From positions 49,211 to 113,210 of IMG/VR virus record IMGVR_UViG_3300025424_000296: a stretch of DNA of 64,000 bases; one strand, given 5' to 3'. The notes beneath the pieces are model-generated. The model saw nothing but the letters and a program-made list of their open reading frames with translations. It made no database searches and was not told where the DNA came from. Positions 1-9,336 of the stretch are shown here, piece by piece. Position 1 is the first letter of the stretch. Every line of letters starts with the position of its first letter. The DNA comes from a virus. The position numbers and the translations under genes are program-made.

Positions 1-1
1 A

Positions 2-2812
2 CCAAGCAATGTTTTAATTACAACAGGTCGAGAAACATTTATAATTGGTGTAAATGGTAGCTTGACATTGCCAGCAGGTGGTGATATCAAAGACAGCAAT
101 AATAACAGTGTATTATTCAAAGCTAATCAAAGTGTTAACACAAACAGTTCAGTAATATTTTCTAATGTTATAGTATCTAGCAATTTAACAGTTCAAGGAA
201 CAACCACAACTGTTAATCAAAGTGTGTTGAATATTGCGGATAACAAAATAACATTGAATAGTGGACAAACAGGTACTCCCACACAAAATGGTACTTTTGA
301 AGTAGATCGTGGATCTAGCCCAAATACCAGCATACGTTGGAATGAGTCTACTGGAAAGTGGGAACAGACTCGTGACGGTAACACATATGTTGTATTACCT
401 ATTAACACATCAGAACTTGCAGAAGGTACAAACCTATACTTTACCAGTGCAAGAGCAAGAAGTGCGATTAGTGTTACAGGTAGCGGTAGCTACAATAGTT
501 CAACTGGTGTTATTACAATATCTGGAGGAGTTACCAGTGTTAATACACAAACCGGTGCAGTTACACTAACCACAACTAACATAAACGAAGGCACTAATTT
601 ATATTTCAGTAACGCAAGAGTAAGAAGTGCATTGGTAGCAGGCACCGGAATTAATTACAATAGCGGTACTGGCAGTATTAGTGTAATCAACGGTGTTTAT
701 ACAACGGACACAGGCACGGTTACAAATACCATGTTAGCTGGTAATATTGCTGTTTCTAAGATAACTGGACTAGCTGTATCAGCAACAACAGATACTACAA
801 ATGCTAGCAACATTACAAGCGGTACATTACCTAATGCAAGATTAAGTAGTATTCCTAATTCAGCTTTAGCTAACGTTGCAGTAACAATTGGTACAACTTC
901 AGTTAACCTAGGCTCTGCTTCAACAACATTAACTGGTTTAACCACAGTTAACATAGGATCAGCAGTTGCTAACTTGTATAATACTGCACCATTAAATATT
1001 GTAGGTAACAGTGCCGGCAATACCATAATTGGAGTCAATCTTATCAACACTGCGGGCGGTGCTGGTAGTGGTTCTGGTATAGACTTCTACACTTATACTG
1101 GATCCTCGAGTCCTCCAGAAGCAAGAATATTTGCTTACGACAACGGTGACTATTCGGCAAGTATTCAGTTTGCTAACAAGATACCTGGTGCCAATACCAA
1201 TGTTCTACAAACAAATATGACCTTGACTACCAGCGGTAACTTGAACGTTGTTGGTTCTGTTAGTGCTCCAAGTTTTGTAATTAACGGTCAGCCAACAAGT
1301 TTTGGTTTAGTAAACAGTTCTTACTTGTTTGCACAAAATAACGCTGATCAAACAGTAGGGCAAAATGTTGCAGTTAACTTCCAAGTTACAAATGCAAGTA
1401 ACGGCAGTCTTATAAACAAGATAAGCAATACACAAGTAACACTAACAGCAGGTAATACTTATAAACTAGAAGCTGTTGTGAGAAGAATGCAATCAAGTTC
1501 AACTTGGGGTGCATTCAGATGGTATGATGTAACCAATTCTACTTATGTTGGCTTAGAAGGATTTAGTGAAGTAGCAAATTCAAGCGGTGCTATTGGTTCA
1601 ACTGATGTAGCTACATACTATGTAACTCCTAGTGTTAATACCACATATGAACTAAGACAAACCACAGTTAATTCTGTTATTGCAAATGGTAATTATGTTT
1701 CAATGGAAATTACGCAAATCAATCCTGCAATAGCAGTTCAAGCAACTGCTACTGGCACATTGAATGCTAACTATGCCAAATATACAAGAACGACATCACA
1801 AAGTGTATCCGCTAATACGGTAGTTGTTTGTAACGTGGTAGAAAACGTATCAGGCAGCGATATATCAGTTAATACTTCAACTGGACAGGTAACATTAGTT
1901 GCAGGCAAAACTTATAGACTTCGAGGAACAGTAGGAACCATGGCAGGTAGCACAGTATCATCATTGCTGGGTTACTGCTGGTATAATGAAACTACCAGTT
2001 CTTGGATCGGTGAAGGTTCTGGGTGGGTAAGTCCAGGTAGCACCAACTGGAACTCGGCTGCTGGGGGCACTGCTGAAGCAATATTTACTGCTGCATCAAC
2101 CACAGTAGTATCATTTAGAATAATATCTGCAAATAATGTATCTAGTATAGGCGGAACGGCTGCAGACTGGGGATCACCATATGGTTATCCTTGGATTGAC
2201 ATAGAAGAGATTGGAACAGCTTTCAGCCTAAACACAATTAATACATTAACCACTACATCCAGTGTAAGTGTTGGTGGTAATTTATCTGTTGCAGGTAATA
2301 TAACTGGCACATTAAATGTTACTGCTCCAACTTTCCATGGTGTTACACCGTCGTGGTCACTGGGAGATTCAGCTTCAGCTGCTTGGTTCTTGTTAGGAAC
2401 ATGGAATACAACAAATGCTGGTACCTCATTATATATGAGATTGATAGCACACTGCGGGTACAATGCTGTAGCACTTCAAAATCAAGTAACCGAATTGATG
2501 TTTGTTACTAGTAATGCAAGTTCATACATTGCAGGTTCTAGTGGTAACTTCTATGCCAACGGATTAGCTAGTGCAAACAGTCGTTTGGGCACAGGTGGAA
2601 CAAGTCCTAGCTATCAAGCACCAAATTATTTTAGAATTGTTCAAGTATCTCTAACTCAGTATCAAATATATGCTTATTTTGGTTCGGCGTATATGAGAAA
2701 TAGTAACTACAGTATTCAAATCAGCTCAGGTGATACTTGGGTAGATGGCGGCGGCGGTGTAGTATCAGCACCTAGCGGCAACTATATAACTATTACTCCA
2801 ACATCATTCTAA
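2..2812 (+). CDS. Tail fibre / virion fibre protein, 5'-truncated by the window edge
   Basis: Frame is open from base 2. T/S/N/G-rich, with repeated EGTNLYFT/S motifs and two internally repeated domains (TQVTLTAGNTYKL / GQVTLVAGKTYRL). Confidence 0.8.
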   Translation, partial: PSNVLITTGRETFIIGVNGSLTLPAGGDIKDSNNNSVLFKANQSVNTNSSVIFSNVIVSSNLTVQGTTTTVNQSVLNIADNKITLNSGQTGTPTQNGTFEVDRGSSPNTSIRWNESTGKWEQTRDGNTYVVLPINTSELAEGTNLYFTSARARSAISVTGSGSYNSSTGVITISGGVTSVNTQTGAVTLTTTNINEGTNLYFSNARVRSALVAGTGINYNSGTGSISVINGVYTTDTGTVTNTMLAGNIAVSKITGLAVSATTDTTNASNITSGTLPNARLSSIPNSALANVAVTIGTTSVNLGSASTTLTGLTTVNIGSAVANLYNTAPLNIVGNSAGNTIIGVNLINTAGGAGSGSGIDFYTYTGSSSPPEARIFAYDNGDYSASIQFANKIPGANTNVLQTNMTLTTSGNLNVVGSVSAPSFVINGQPTSFGLVNSSYLFAQNNADQTVGQNVAVNFQVTNASNGSLINKISNTQVTLTAGNTYKLEAVVRRMQSSSTWGAFRWYDVTNSTYVGLEGFSEVANSSGAIGSTDVATYYVTPSVNTTYELRQTTVNSVIANGNYVSMEITQINPAIAVQATATGTLNANYAKYTRTTSQSVSANTVVVCNVVENVSGSDISVNTSTGQVTLVAGKTYRLRGTVGTMAGSTVSSLLGYCWYNETTSSWIGEGSGWVSPGSTNWNSAAGGTAEAIFTAASTTVVSFRIISANNVSSIGGTAADWGSPYGYPWIDIEEIGTAFSLNTINTLTTTSSVSVGGNLSVAGNITGTLNVTAPTFHGVTPSWSLGDSASAAWFLLGTWNTTNAGTSLYMRLIAHCGYNAVALQNQVTELMFVTSNASSYIAGSSGNFYANGLASANSRLGTGGTSPSYQAPNYFRIVQVSLTQYQIYAYFGSAYMRNSNYSIQISSGDTWVDGGGGVVSAPSGNYITITPTSF

Positions 2813-2927
2813 TATATTAAATTTTAATATAAGGATTTCAATGATATACAACATTGGTTAGTTAATAATAATCAATGTTGTATAAATATATCGTAAGCCA
2901 TTAATAAATTTAAAAATCAAGTGAACT

Positions 2928-3002
2928 ATGATTAGTGTTCAAAACGTAGCAGTGATCCGGGATCACAGCAGTTTAAACATTAATTTAAGATTCACCGGTT
3001 AA
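2928..3002 (+). CDS. Candidate 24-aa leader peptide MISVQNVAVIRDHSSLNINLRFTG
   Basis: Short ORF after TATAAATA (2881) that ends 5 nt before a terminator hairpin. Confidence 0.35.
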   Translation: MISVQNVAVIRDHSSLNINLRFTG

Positions 3003-3007
3003 AAACC

Positions 3008-3046
3008 AAAGAACTCTAGGGTTACAGAATAGTCCTAGAGTTTTTT
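3008..3046. terminator. Intrinsic terminator, probably bidirectional
   Basis: AAAGAACTCTAGGGTTA-CAGAA-TAGTCCTAGAGTTTTTT stem-loop between convergent ORFs. Confidence 0.75.
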
Positions 3047-3061
3047 GTTAGGTAATTGATA

Positions 3062-3184
3062 TTAGGCTGGTTTCTTAAAATAATGAGTATAGCTACAAAC
3101 AGCAACTAGTTCCCAACCCTGTGCACCAAAACTATTAAGTGTATCTAAATCTGGATTGCCACTATAAATCATATATTGCCACAT
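3062..3184 (-). CDS. 40-aa DUF4177-like small protein (below ORF-track cutoff)
   Basis: MWQYMIYSGNPDLDTLNSFGAQGWELVAVCSYTHYFKKPA. GGAGG RBS and an upstream CTAAATA on the minus strand; LNxxGxxGWELV motif. Confidence 0.65.
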   Translation of the reverse strand: MWQYMIYSGNPDLDTLNSFGAQGWELVAVCSYTHYFKKPA

Positions 3185-3265
3185 GGTAATTCCTCCATTT
3201 TTGATATTTAGTTTATTTTGGTTAACTTTTTGGTTAAAATACCATATTATTGTGGTTAATTTTCA

Positions 3266-3294
3266 TTGACATGATTAAATAAACATGATAAACT
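3266..3294 (+). promoter_or_regulatory. sigma70-like promoter
   Basis: TTGACA-17nt-TAAACT. Confidence 0.65.
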
Positions 3295-3490
3295 ATGCAG
3301 ATAACCACAAGGTTATGTTGAGATAGGGGAGTCTCATCACTCCGAAAAGATTAGTTATGAGTTCCGTGTGAGACACACAAGGCAGTGAATTCTTGTGTAC
3401 GTGAAAATAACAAGATCTTCTCAGCATTACCATGTGGTTGACACTTCTAATAAAGATGCTAATATAATCTATAGCAAAGGAAGTGATGTT

Positions 3491-3619
3491 ATGAATCAAA
3501 ATGAATTAAAATCAGTGCCCACATGGGCAGTTATACTTGTAGCAGTTGGTATGATTGCTGCTAGTGTTGTATATGCTTATACAACTGATCCAACCACAAT
3601 CGCCGATGTAATCAAATAA
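3491..3619 (+). CDS. Small membrane protein
   Basis: One hydrophobic helix; ATG at 3491 preferred over GTG at 3395. Confidence 0.55.
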   Translation: MNQNELKSVPTWAVILVAVGMIAASVVYAYTTDPTTIADVIK

Positions 3620-3623
3620 TGAC

Positions 3624-3700
3624 GGTTGTGTAACTTGGCAGGCGGGATGACGTTCTCATATGTCCTCAAGTCGTAGGTTCCAGTTCTGACACCAAAACTA
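3624..3700 (+). pseudogene. Possible decayed tRNA (CAT-type loop)
   Basis: CTCATA loop, GTCGTAGGTTC T-arm remnant and tRNA-like spacing, but the stems are broken. Confidence 0.3.
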
Positions 3701-3709
3701 TTTTAATAC

Positions 3710-3738
3710 TTGACATAAAAATTACTGTAGAGTAACAT
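3710..3738 (+). promoter_or_regulatory. sigma70-like promoter, leaderless mRNA
   Basis: TTGACA-17nt-TAACAT with the ATG at 3744. Confidence 0.6.
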
Positions 3739-3743
3739 AAAGT

Positions 3744-3935
3744 ATGAGCATACATGAAAAAATAATTATGATACTTGTGATATTGGTTATGCTTGTAATC
3801 AGTATACATTCTGATCAATCACACAATAATAAAGATATCGAAGCTTGTAAACAAGCGGGTAGTGTTGTAGTTATTAAAGATATCACCGGCAAAACTGTTT
3901 GTTTACACCCTGGTGCAGCCATTAACACCAATTAA
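3744..3935 (+). CDS. Small membrane-anchored hypothetical protein
   Basis: N-terminal hydrophobic helix and two Cys. Confidence 0.6.
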   Translation: MSIHEKIIMILVILVMLVISIHSDQSHNNKDIEACKQAGSVVVIKDITGKTVCLHPGAAINTN

Positions 3936-3948
3936 CAGGAGCATGGAC

Positions 3949-4146
3949 ATGTCCAAAGATATTAATTTCAAAGACTATGAACTAACTCAGATGGGAATAG
4001 ATGAAATACTAGATAAGGCTGCTCGTCTACAGGTATTTCTCAGTGAAAATTATAATAACATCACACTTCAAATGTGTATCGATCATGTGATCCGTGCATA
4101 TGCATCATATAATCCAGCCGAAGAAACTGTGGGTAAATACGCCTAA
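3949..4146 (+). CDS. Hypothetical protein
   Basis: AGGAG RBS at 3937 before the ATG at 3949. Confidence 0.6.
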   Translation: MSKDINFKDYELTQMGIDEILDKAARLQVFLSENYNNITLQMCIDHVIRAYASYNPAEETVGKYA

Positions 4147-4316
4147 TACAGTCCGGGCTAATCCTCTACTAGGCCAATGCAAATTTGAGCTTAGATATGA
4201 TGTTAAATCTGGGATTTACCAGTGAACTTAGAGGACGCTCTAAGGTACGGATATCCAGGGGTGACAAGCCCCATTAAAATCATTTCTAACTAGGCAATAT
4301 GACTTATAAGTAACAT

Positions 4317-5771
4317 ATGATATATGACCTACTAATTGTCGGCGGCGGAATTAACGGCTGTGCTATAGCAAGAGATGCAGCAGGTCGTGGTTTACGAGTT
4401 CTGTTAGTCGAACAAAACGACCTAGCAAGTGCTACTTCTTCAGCATCAACAAAACTAATACACGGCGGCTTACGCTATCTTGAAACATACGATTTCAGAT
4501 TGGTACACGAAGCACTAGCAGAACGTGAAATATTACTGGCTAACGCACCTCACATCATTTGGCCCTTGAACTTTGTACTACCTCATGCAAAAGGACTGCG
4601 TCCAAAATGGATGATCAAACTTGGTCTTTGGTTATATGATCATCTAGCAACACGTAAAACATTACCCAAGTCTAAAATGGTAATGCTCCAGGGTAACTGG
4701 ATGGGCAAACCTCTTAAGAAAGAATACGAAATAGGGTTTACCTACGCAGATTGCTGGGTAGATGATGCTAGACTAGTTGTGCTTAATGCAGTTAATGCTA
4801 GAGAATATGGAGCGGAAATATGTGTAGGTACTCGTCTATTGAATGCTACGTCTCAAAATGGATCGTGGACTGCAACACTTAGTAATAGACGAGAAGTTCA
4901 ATCACGAGTACTGATTAATGCAGCAGGACCGTGGGTGTCTGAAGTACTTGATAATATAGAAATAAAATCTCATAAACATGTGAAATTAGTCAAGGGATCG
5001 CATATTGTAGTACATAGACAGTATCCGGGTAGTCATGCTTATATACTACAGAACAATGACGGACGTATTGCATTTGCTATTCCCTATGAAGGGGCATATA
5101 CATTAATTGGTACAACTGACTTTGTTCATAATGATGCACCCGGACCTGTTGCTATCAGTGATGTTGAAACTGATTATTTGATTGAGTTAGTTAATCACTT
5201 TTGGGACAAACCGATCGCTCACAGTGATATAGTCTGGAGTTATGCAGGATTGAGACCACTATATGATGACGGTTCGGTAAATGCATCAGTTGTAACTAGA
5301 GATTATGCGTTTGACCTTAATACAGATTCTGCACCGGTATTATCTATATTTGGTGGTAAGATTACAACTGCTCGTAGATTGGCAGAACATGCACTGGACG
5401 AGTTAGGCAAGTTTCTACCCAGTTGCGGAAACAAATGGACCAAGTCAGCAGCATTACCTGGCGGCGGTATAGATTTTGATAGATTTGTTAGACAACTACG
5501 TGAAGATAAACCTCTGATAGATTTTCACTTGTTATACAGACTTGCTCGTGCCTATGGTACACGAGCGTATGACCTATTAGGTGATGCTACAACAAATGAG
5601 GATCTTGGACGAGACTTTGGGCATGGATTGACACAAGCCGAAGTTGATTATTTAATTGCAAATGAGTGGGCAAGATCTGCTGACGATATTCTATGGAGAC
5701 GCAGTAAATTAGGATTGCACATGACTCAAGACGAGCAAGCAGTATTACGTGAATTTGTCAACAAAGAATAG
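4317..5771 (+). CDS. glpD: FAD-dependent glycerol-3-phosphate dehydrogenase
   Basis: GGGINGCAIARDAAGRG, SSASTKLIHGGLRYLE, DDARLV, GGKITT, DDILWRRSKLGL. Confidence 0.95.
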   Translation: MIYDLLIVGGGINGCAIARDAAGRGLRVLLVEQNDLASATSSASTKLIHGGLRYLETYDFRLVHEALAEREILLANAPHIIWPLNFVLPHAKGLRPKWMIKLGLWLYDHLATRKTLPKSKMVMLQGNWMGKPLKKEYEIGFTYADCWVDDARLVVLNAVNAREYGAEICVGTRLLNATSQNGSWTATLSNRREVQSRVLINAAGPWVSEVLDNIEIKSHKHVKLVKGSHIVVHRQYPGSHAYILQNNDGRIAFAIPYEGAYTLIGTTDFVHNDAPGPVAISDVETDYLIELVNHFWDKPIAHSDIVWSYAGLRPLYDDGSVNASVVTRDYAFDLNTDSAPVLSIFGGKITTARRLAEHALDELGKFLPSCGNKWTKSAALPGGGIDFDRFVRQLREDKPLIDFHLLYRLARAYGTRAYDLLGDATTNEDLGRDFGHGLTQAEVDYLIANEWARSADDILWRRSKLGLHMTQDEQAVLREFVNKE

Positions 5772-5826
5772 TTGACATTAAGTTATAAGGCACTATATTA
5801 AACATATAAAAGAAAGGAAACCGACT

Positions 5827-6015
5827 ATGAATAGATTCTTTATTACAACAACTCTAATGGTCGTACTTGCTACAACTTCGATCCCTAACTATCTAGGATC
5901 TCTGATCGATGGAAATAGTGGTGGCTATCGATACGAAGCCAATGCTTCTACAATTAATAGAAAGCTGTCTTGTTTTACTCGTAGCTGGGATGGACACACT
6001 ACAGACTGTCTCTGA
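5827..6015 (+). CDS. Small exported hypothetical protein
   Basis: AAGGA RBS, promoter TTGACA at 5772, signal-like N-terminus. Confidence 0.55.
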   Translation: MNRFFITTTLMVVLATTSIPNYLGSLIDGNSGGYRYEANASTINRKLSCFTRSWDGHTTDCL

Positions 6016-6062
6016 GGTTAACAGAGTTTTAAAAGATGCTAGTATATATGAGTAATAAATGT

Positions 6063-6142
6063 TTCCTTGTAGCTCAGTTGGTAAAGTAGTGACTGTTAAT
6101 CACTTAATCACTTAGTCGTTGGTTCGAGTCCAACCGGGGGAG
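6063..6142 (+). pseudogene. Degenerate tRNA-Asn(GTT) with 8-nt tandem duplication
   Basis: AGTGA-CTGTTAA-TCACT anticodon arm and GTTGG-TTCGAGT-CCAAC T arm. TAATCACT is duplicated, the D-stem has a mismatch and the gene ends ACA rather than CCA. Confidence 0.75.
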
Positions 6143-6196
6143 ACAAAATTAAATAATTTTGTGATTTGACTCAGTTACGTACATCACTTATAATCA

Positions 6197-6871
6197 TTGA
6201 TTATGTTAGAACATTTAGAAGATCAAATCAGGAAATTAAAACCTTTCTTTGCCAAAGGTGCTGTTAAAGATATATTTTCCTGGCAAGAATTAGAGTCTTT
6301 AATAAATCTTAAACCTTTATTAAACCACCAGAGATTTCATATAATATCTGGAAAAAGATATGATCCTGGATTTTTTGCATGGACAACTGATCGTGAATTA
6401 TATAGTATAGAATCATTAGAAAATGATGTACCCAAATATCTATGCTTTTTACAGGATGCGTCGCGTGTAAATTCACAAGTTAACACAGTGTGTTCAGAAT
6501 TAGAGGAATTAACCAAATGTCCAACAGATGCGCATATATATTTTGATTTAAATCCGGTCGCTAAAAATGGGTTTGGAATACATTATGATATGTCACATAA
6601 TTTAATTGTGCAAATTGAAGGAAAAACTCAGTTTGAATGCTGGGACATCAAAGGCGGACCAGAGCCAATGGGTCCTAAACCAGAGTCTTTACCAGAAGAT
6701 CCTATTTTAGATGTAACAATGGAACCAGGTGATGCGATTTTTGTTCCTGTTTATCATTATCACAGAGCAAGATCGATAACTAAAAGACTATCTATTAGTC
6801 TCCCTAGCTGTGCCACTTCTCCATTCACTCCGTGTCAGGAAAGACAATGGATTAAATTAAATATAGATTAG
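6197..6871 (+). CDS. JmjC/cupin 2OG-Fe(II) oxygenase
   Basis: FGIHYD...QIEGK and MEPGDAIFVPVYHYH give the HxD...H triad; promoter TTGACT-17-TATAAT at 6166-6194. Confidence 0.85.
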   Translation: MIMLEHLEDQIRKLKPFFAKGAVKDIFSWQELESLINLKPLLNHQRFHIISGKRYDPGFFAWTTDRELYSIESLENDVPKYLCFLQDASRVNSQVNTVCSELEELTKCPTDAHIYFDLNPVAKNGFGIHYDMSHNLIVQIEGKTQFECWDIKGGPEPMGPKPESLPEDPILDVTMEPGDAIFVPVYHYHRARSITKRLSISLPSCATSPFTPCQERQWIKLNID

Positions 6872-6878
6872 GAAATTA

Positions 6879-7622
6879 ATGTTCACTTTTTTTCATCGCA
6901 AACCTACTATAACAATTGACTGTTTTACCTGTAATGAATTTGCATATGAACACACACCGATAGTAAAGACTTCAAGATCTTTACCAGACTGGTGGCGTAA
7001 ACTGCCGAGAAGTAAACCCACAAATCCAATCTATCCACAGTTACAAAAAACCAATATGAGACACTGTTATGGCTTTATAGAACTTTTCAGACGTGGTCTG
7101 ATTATACCGACATGGTGTGAAGCACATATCAAGTGTTACAGTGATAATGTAGTGTGTGAACCATCTAAATCAAATATTACTGGGTTTGAAAGTCACGAGA
7201 GAGAGTTATTTGCAGGTGGGTTTTCTAGCTATAATCATTTCAAATGGCACCCGCCTTGGTTAATTAAAGAAAAAACAGGATTGCACTTTTTCTTTACTGA
7301 AGCAACTTGGTTAATAGAAAATCAATGTTACACTATTCTACCAGGTGTAGTTGAATATAAACTAAATCATAGTACTGCTATTAATTTCTTTTTTCCAAAG
7401 TCAGACGTACCGTATGATGTTTATCTACAAGCAGGTCAACCTCTGATTCAGATAGTTCCGTTGTTAGATGATAAGAATATTGAACATAAAAATCATCTAA
7501 TAAGTTCTGAAGAATATAACAGGATGCATGGTGCGTGTGCCATGGGATTATTTGGCGGATATAAATCTCTTACTAGATTATCTAAGAAAAATGAAGAACA
7601 ATCTAAATGTCCATTTGACTAA
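6879..7622 (+). CDS. Conserved phage protein (DUF6065/dUTPase-like fold suspected), paralog of 10201..10935
   Basis: MFTFFHR...PDWW...CYGF.EL...LPGVV...AGQPL.Q..P...SKCPF shared with the paralog. Confidence 0.65.
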   Translation: MFTFFHRKPTITIDCFTCNEFAYEHTPIVKTSRSLPDWWRKLPRSKPTNPIYPQLQKTNMRHCYGFIELFRRGLIIPTWCEAHIKCYSDNVVCEPSKSNITGFESHERELFAGGFSSYNHFKWHPPWLIKEKTGLHFFFTEATWLIENQCYTILPGVVEYKLNHSTAINFFFPKSDVPYDVYLQAGQPLIQIVPLLDDKNIEHKNHLISSEEYNRMHGACAMGLFGGYKSLTRLSKKNEEQSKCPFD

Positions 7623-7685
7623 AATCAAATTGAATTTCATATCATTGATAGATTAAACAAATTTTATTTTTAAACGGAGAAAAAT

Positions 7686-8000
7686 ATGAAGAAGCCTTTT
7701 ATTTCACTACTAGCAATACTTGTTATCTCACTATCTAGTATCACTCAGGCCAGTGCATGGCGAGGCGGCGGCTGGGGTGGTCACGGCGGATATGGCTGGG
7801 GTCGCGGTGGCTATTATGGTGGTTATGGTAGGGGCTATGGTTACGGTGGTGGTTGGGGAGGCTACGGCGCTGCTGCTGGTATTGGATTAGGACTAGGTAT
7901 ACTAGGTGGTGCTATTGCTGGTAGCCAGTATTACAACCAAACTTGTATTAACCCTTATAATGGTGTTAGGTACTATTGCAACGGGTATAACGGTTGGTGA
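7686..8000 (+). CDS. Gly/Tyr-rich exported membrane protein
   Basis: Signal peptide ending ASA, GYG repeats, Gly-zipper AAAGIGLGLGILGGAIA. Confidence 0.75.
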   Translation: MKKPFISLLAILVISLSSITQASAWRGGGWGGHGGYGWGRGGYYGGYGRGYGYGGGWGGYGAAAGIGLGLGILGGAIAGSQYYNQTCINPYNGVRYYCNGYNGW

Positions 8001-8007
8001 GTTAAAT

Positions 8008-8049
8008 TAACTCCGCTGTGTTAGAATAAATATCAGCGTAGCGGAGTTA
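8008..8049 (+). promoter_or_regulatory. RBS-sequestering hairpin with late promoter in its loop
   Basis: TAACTCCGCTGTG / CGTAGCGGAGTTA 13-bp stem. The loop contains ATAAATA and the GGAG RBS lies in the 3' arm. Confidence 0.7.
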
Positions 8050-8053
8050 TTAG

Positions 8054-8776
8054 ATGAAAATAAACGAATTAGAACGCAACATTATTAAAAAGAGTGACGC
8101 TAAACTTTGGCCCTATAAGCGAAGCGATTACACAAAAGAATTACCTATTTCTATCGGCGAGTATGATGTTCTTTCTAAAACACACAGTCAACGAGCAGGT
8201 GATAATATATCAACTATTAGCGGTATAATGGTTGGTGTATTTGACGGCGAAACAGGTGTTGCTAATATGTTTATTTCTCCTAGTGATTACCAGGGCATTA
8301 AATGTTATCATGTTGAATATACGTTTCTTAATCCAAAATACCAAGGACAGGCTATAGGCTATGAATTATACAGAGGTTTGATAGTATTAATGGGTATACC
8401 ATTGATAACTGTTGGCAGCCAAAGTCCGGGTGCAAGAAAGACTTGGCTACGATTAGCACAAGATCCTCAGATAACAGCATACGGACTTGATATTGATAGA
8501 GACATTGTGTTCAATTTACAAGCAAATAAAAATCAAACAGAATTAAAAAGTTCAGGTAAAAAGATACAGGTTTATGACAATTATAGCACGGGTATTATTT
8601 TGGTAATTAAGAATGGCCCATATGCTCGTAAGTTAGAAAAGTTAAGAAGAGAAACACAAGATCGTGTTGGATATTATGATCCATTATTTTATGATAAACT
8701 AAGTGTTGATAAAAATATCAAGAAGCCAACCAAGCCAGATATTTTCGGCACTAAGAAATTTGATCCAATAACTTGA
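8054..8776 (+). CDS. GNAT-like acetyltransferase, late gene
   Basis: LNPKYQGQAIGYELY acetyl-CoA motif A and SQSPGARKTW. Confidence 0.65.
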   Translation: MKINELERNIIKKSDAKLWPYKRSDYTKELPISIGEYDVLSKTHSQRAGDNISTISGIMVGVFDGETGVANMFISPSDYQGIKCYHVEYTFLNPKYQGQAIGYELYRGLIVLMGIPLITVGSQSPGARKTWLRLAQDPQITAYGLDIDRDIVFNLQANKNQTELKSSGKKIQVYDNYSTGIILVIKNGPYARKLEKLRRETQDRVGYYDPLFYDKLSVDKNIKKPTKPDIFGTKKFDPIT

Positions 8777-8907
8777 GAGTATTTGTGTAATGATAGATTG
8801 TAAATTAATTATTTGGTTTTTGTGTGGTATTGTTATAATAATATTAATGACAATGTTTGATGACGTATTATTGGGGCCGCCAAACTTTCCCTAAAAGGAG
8901 AACTGCA

Positions 8908-9021
8908 ATGGATGAAAAAAATGCAATTAAGGCTATTACAATTTTAGCTGTTGGATTTGGTTGTACAATACTTCTTGGATTTGTGTTTAGTTCATTAGTA
9001 ATGAAGTACGGTTTTAATTAA
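8908..9021 (+). CDS. 37-aa membrane peptide (below ORF-track cutoff)
   Basis: AAGGAG RBS; MDEKNAIKAITILAVGFGCTILLGFVFSSLVMKYGFN. Confidence 0.6.
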   Translation: MDEKNAIKAITILAVGFGCTILLGFVFSSLVMKYGFN

Positions 9022-9037
9022 AAGGTAGCGCAATCAA

Positions 9038-9328
9038 ATGAAAAAATTATTCACAGTGGTATTGACAATTTTTATAATAAGTACCAACCTTGCTATAGCT
9101 CAAGTTTATTATGCACCATATCCTGTATACGGTGTTCAGGTAGTAGTACCTCCACCTGTTGTAGTAGCACCTGCTCCTGTAATTGTACAGCAACCCATAA
9201 TTGTACAGCAACCCATAATCGTACAGCAACCTGTTACAGTGTATACCCCGACTTGTTGGATGCAACCGGATCCTTACACTTTTCTTGGTGAAATATTCGG
9301 ATATGATTACTATCAAGTTTGCAGGTAA
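9038..9328 (+). CDS. Pro/Val-rich exported protein
   Basis: Signal peptide and VQQP(I/V) x3 encoded by an 18-nt tandem repeat (about 9183-9235). Confidence 0.7.
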   Translation: MKKLFTVVLTIFIISTNLAIAQVYYAPYPVYGVQVVVPPPVVVAPAPVIVQQPIIVQQPIIVQQPVTVYTPTCWMQPDPYTFLGEIFGYDYYQVCR

Positions 9329-9336
9329 TCTTATTA

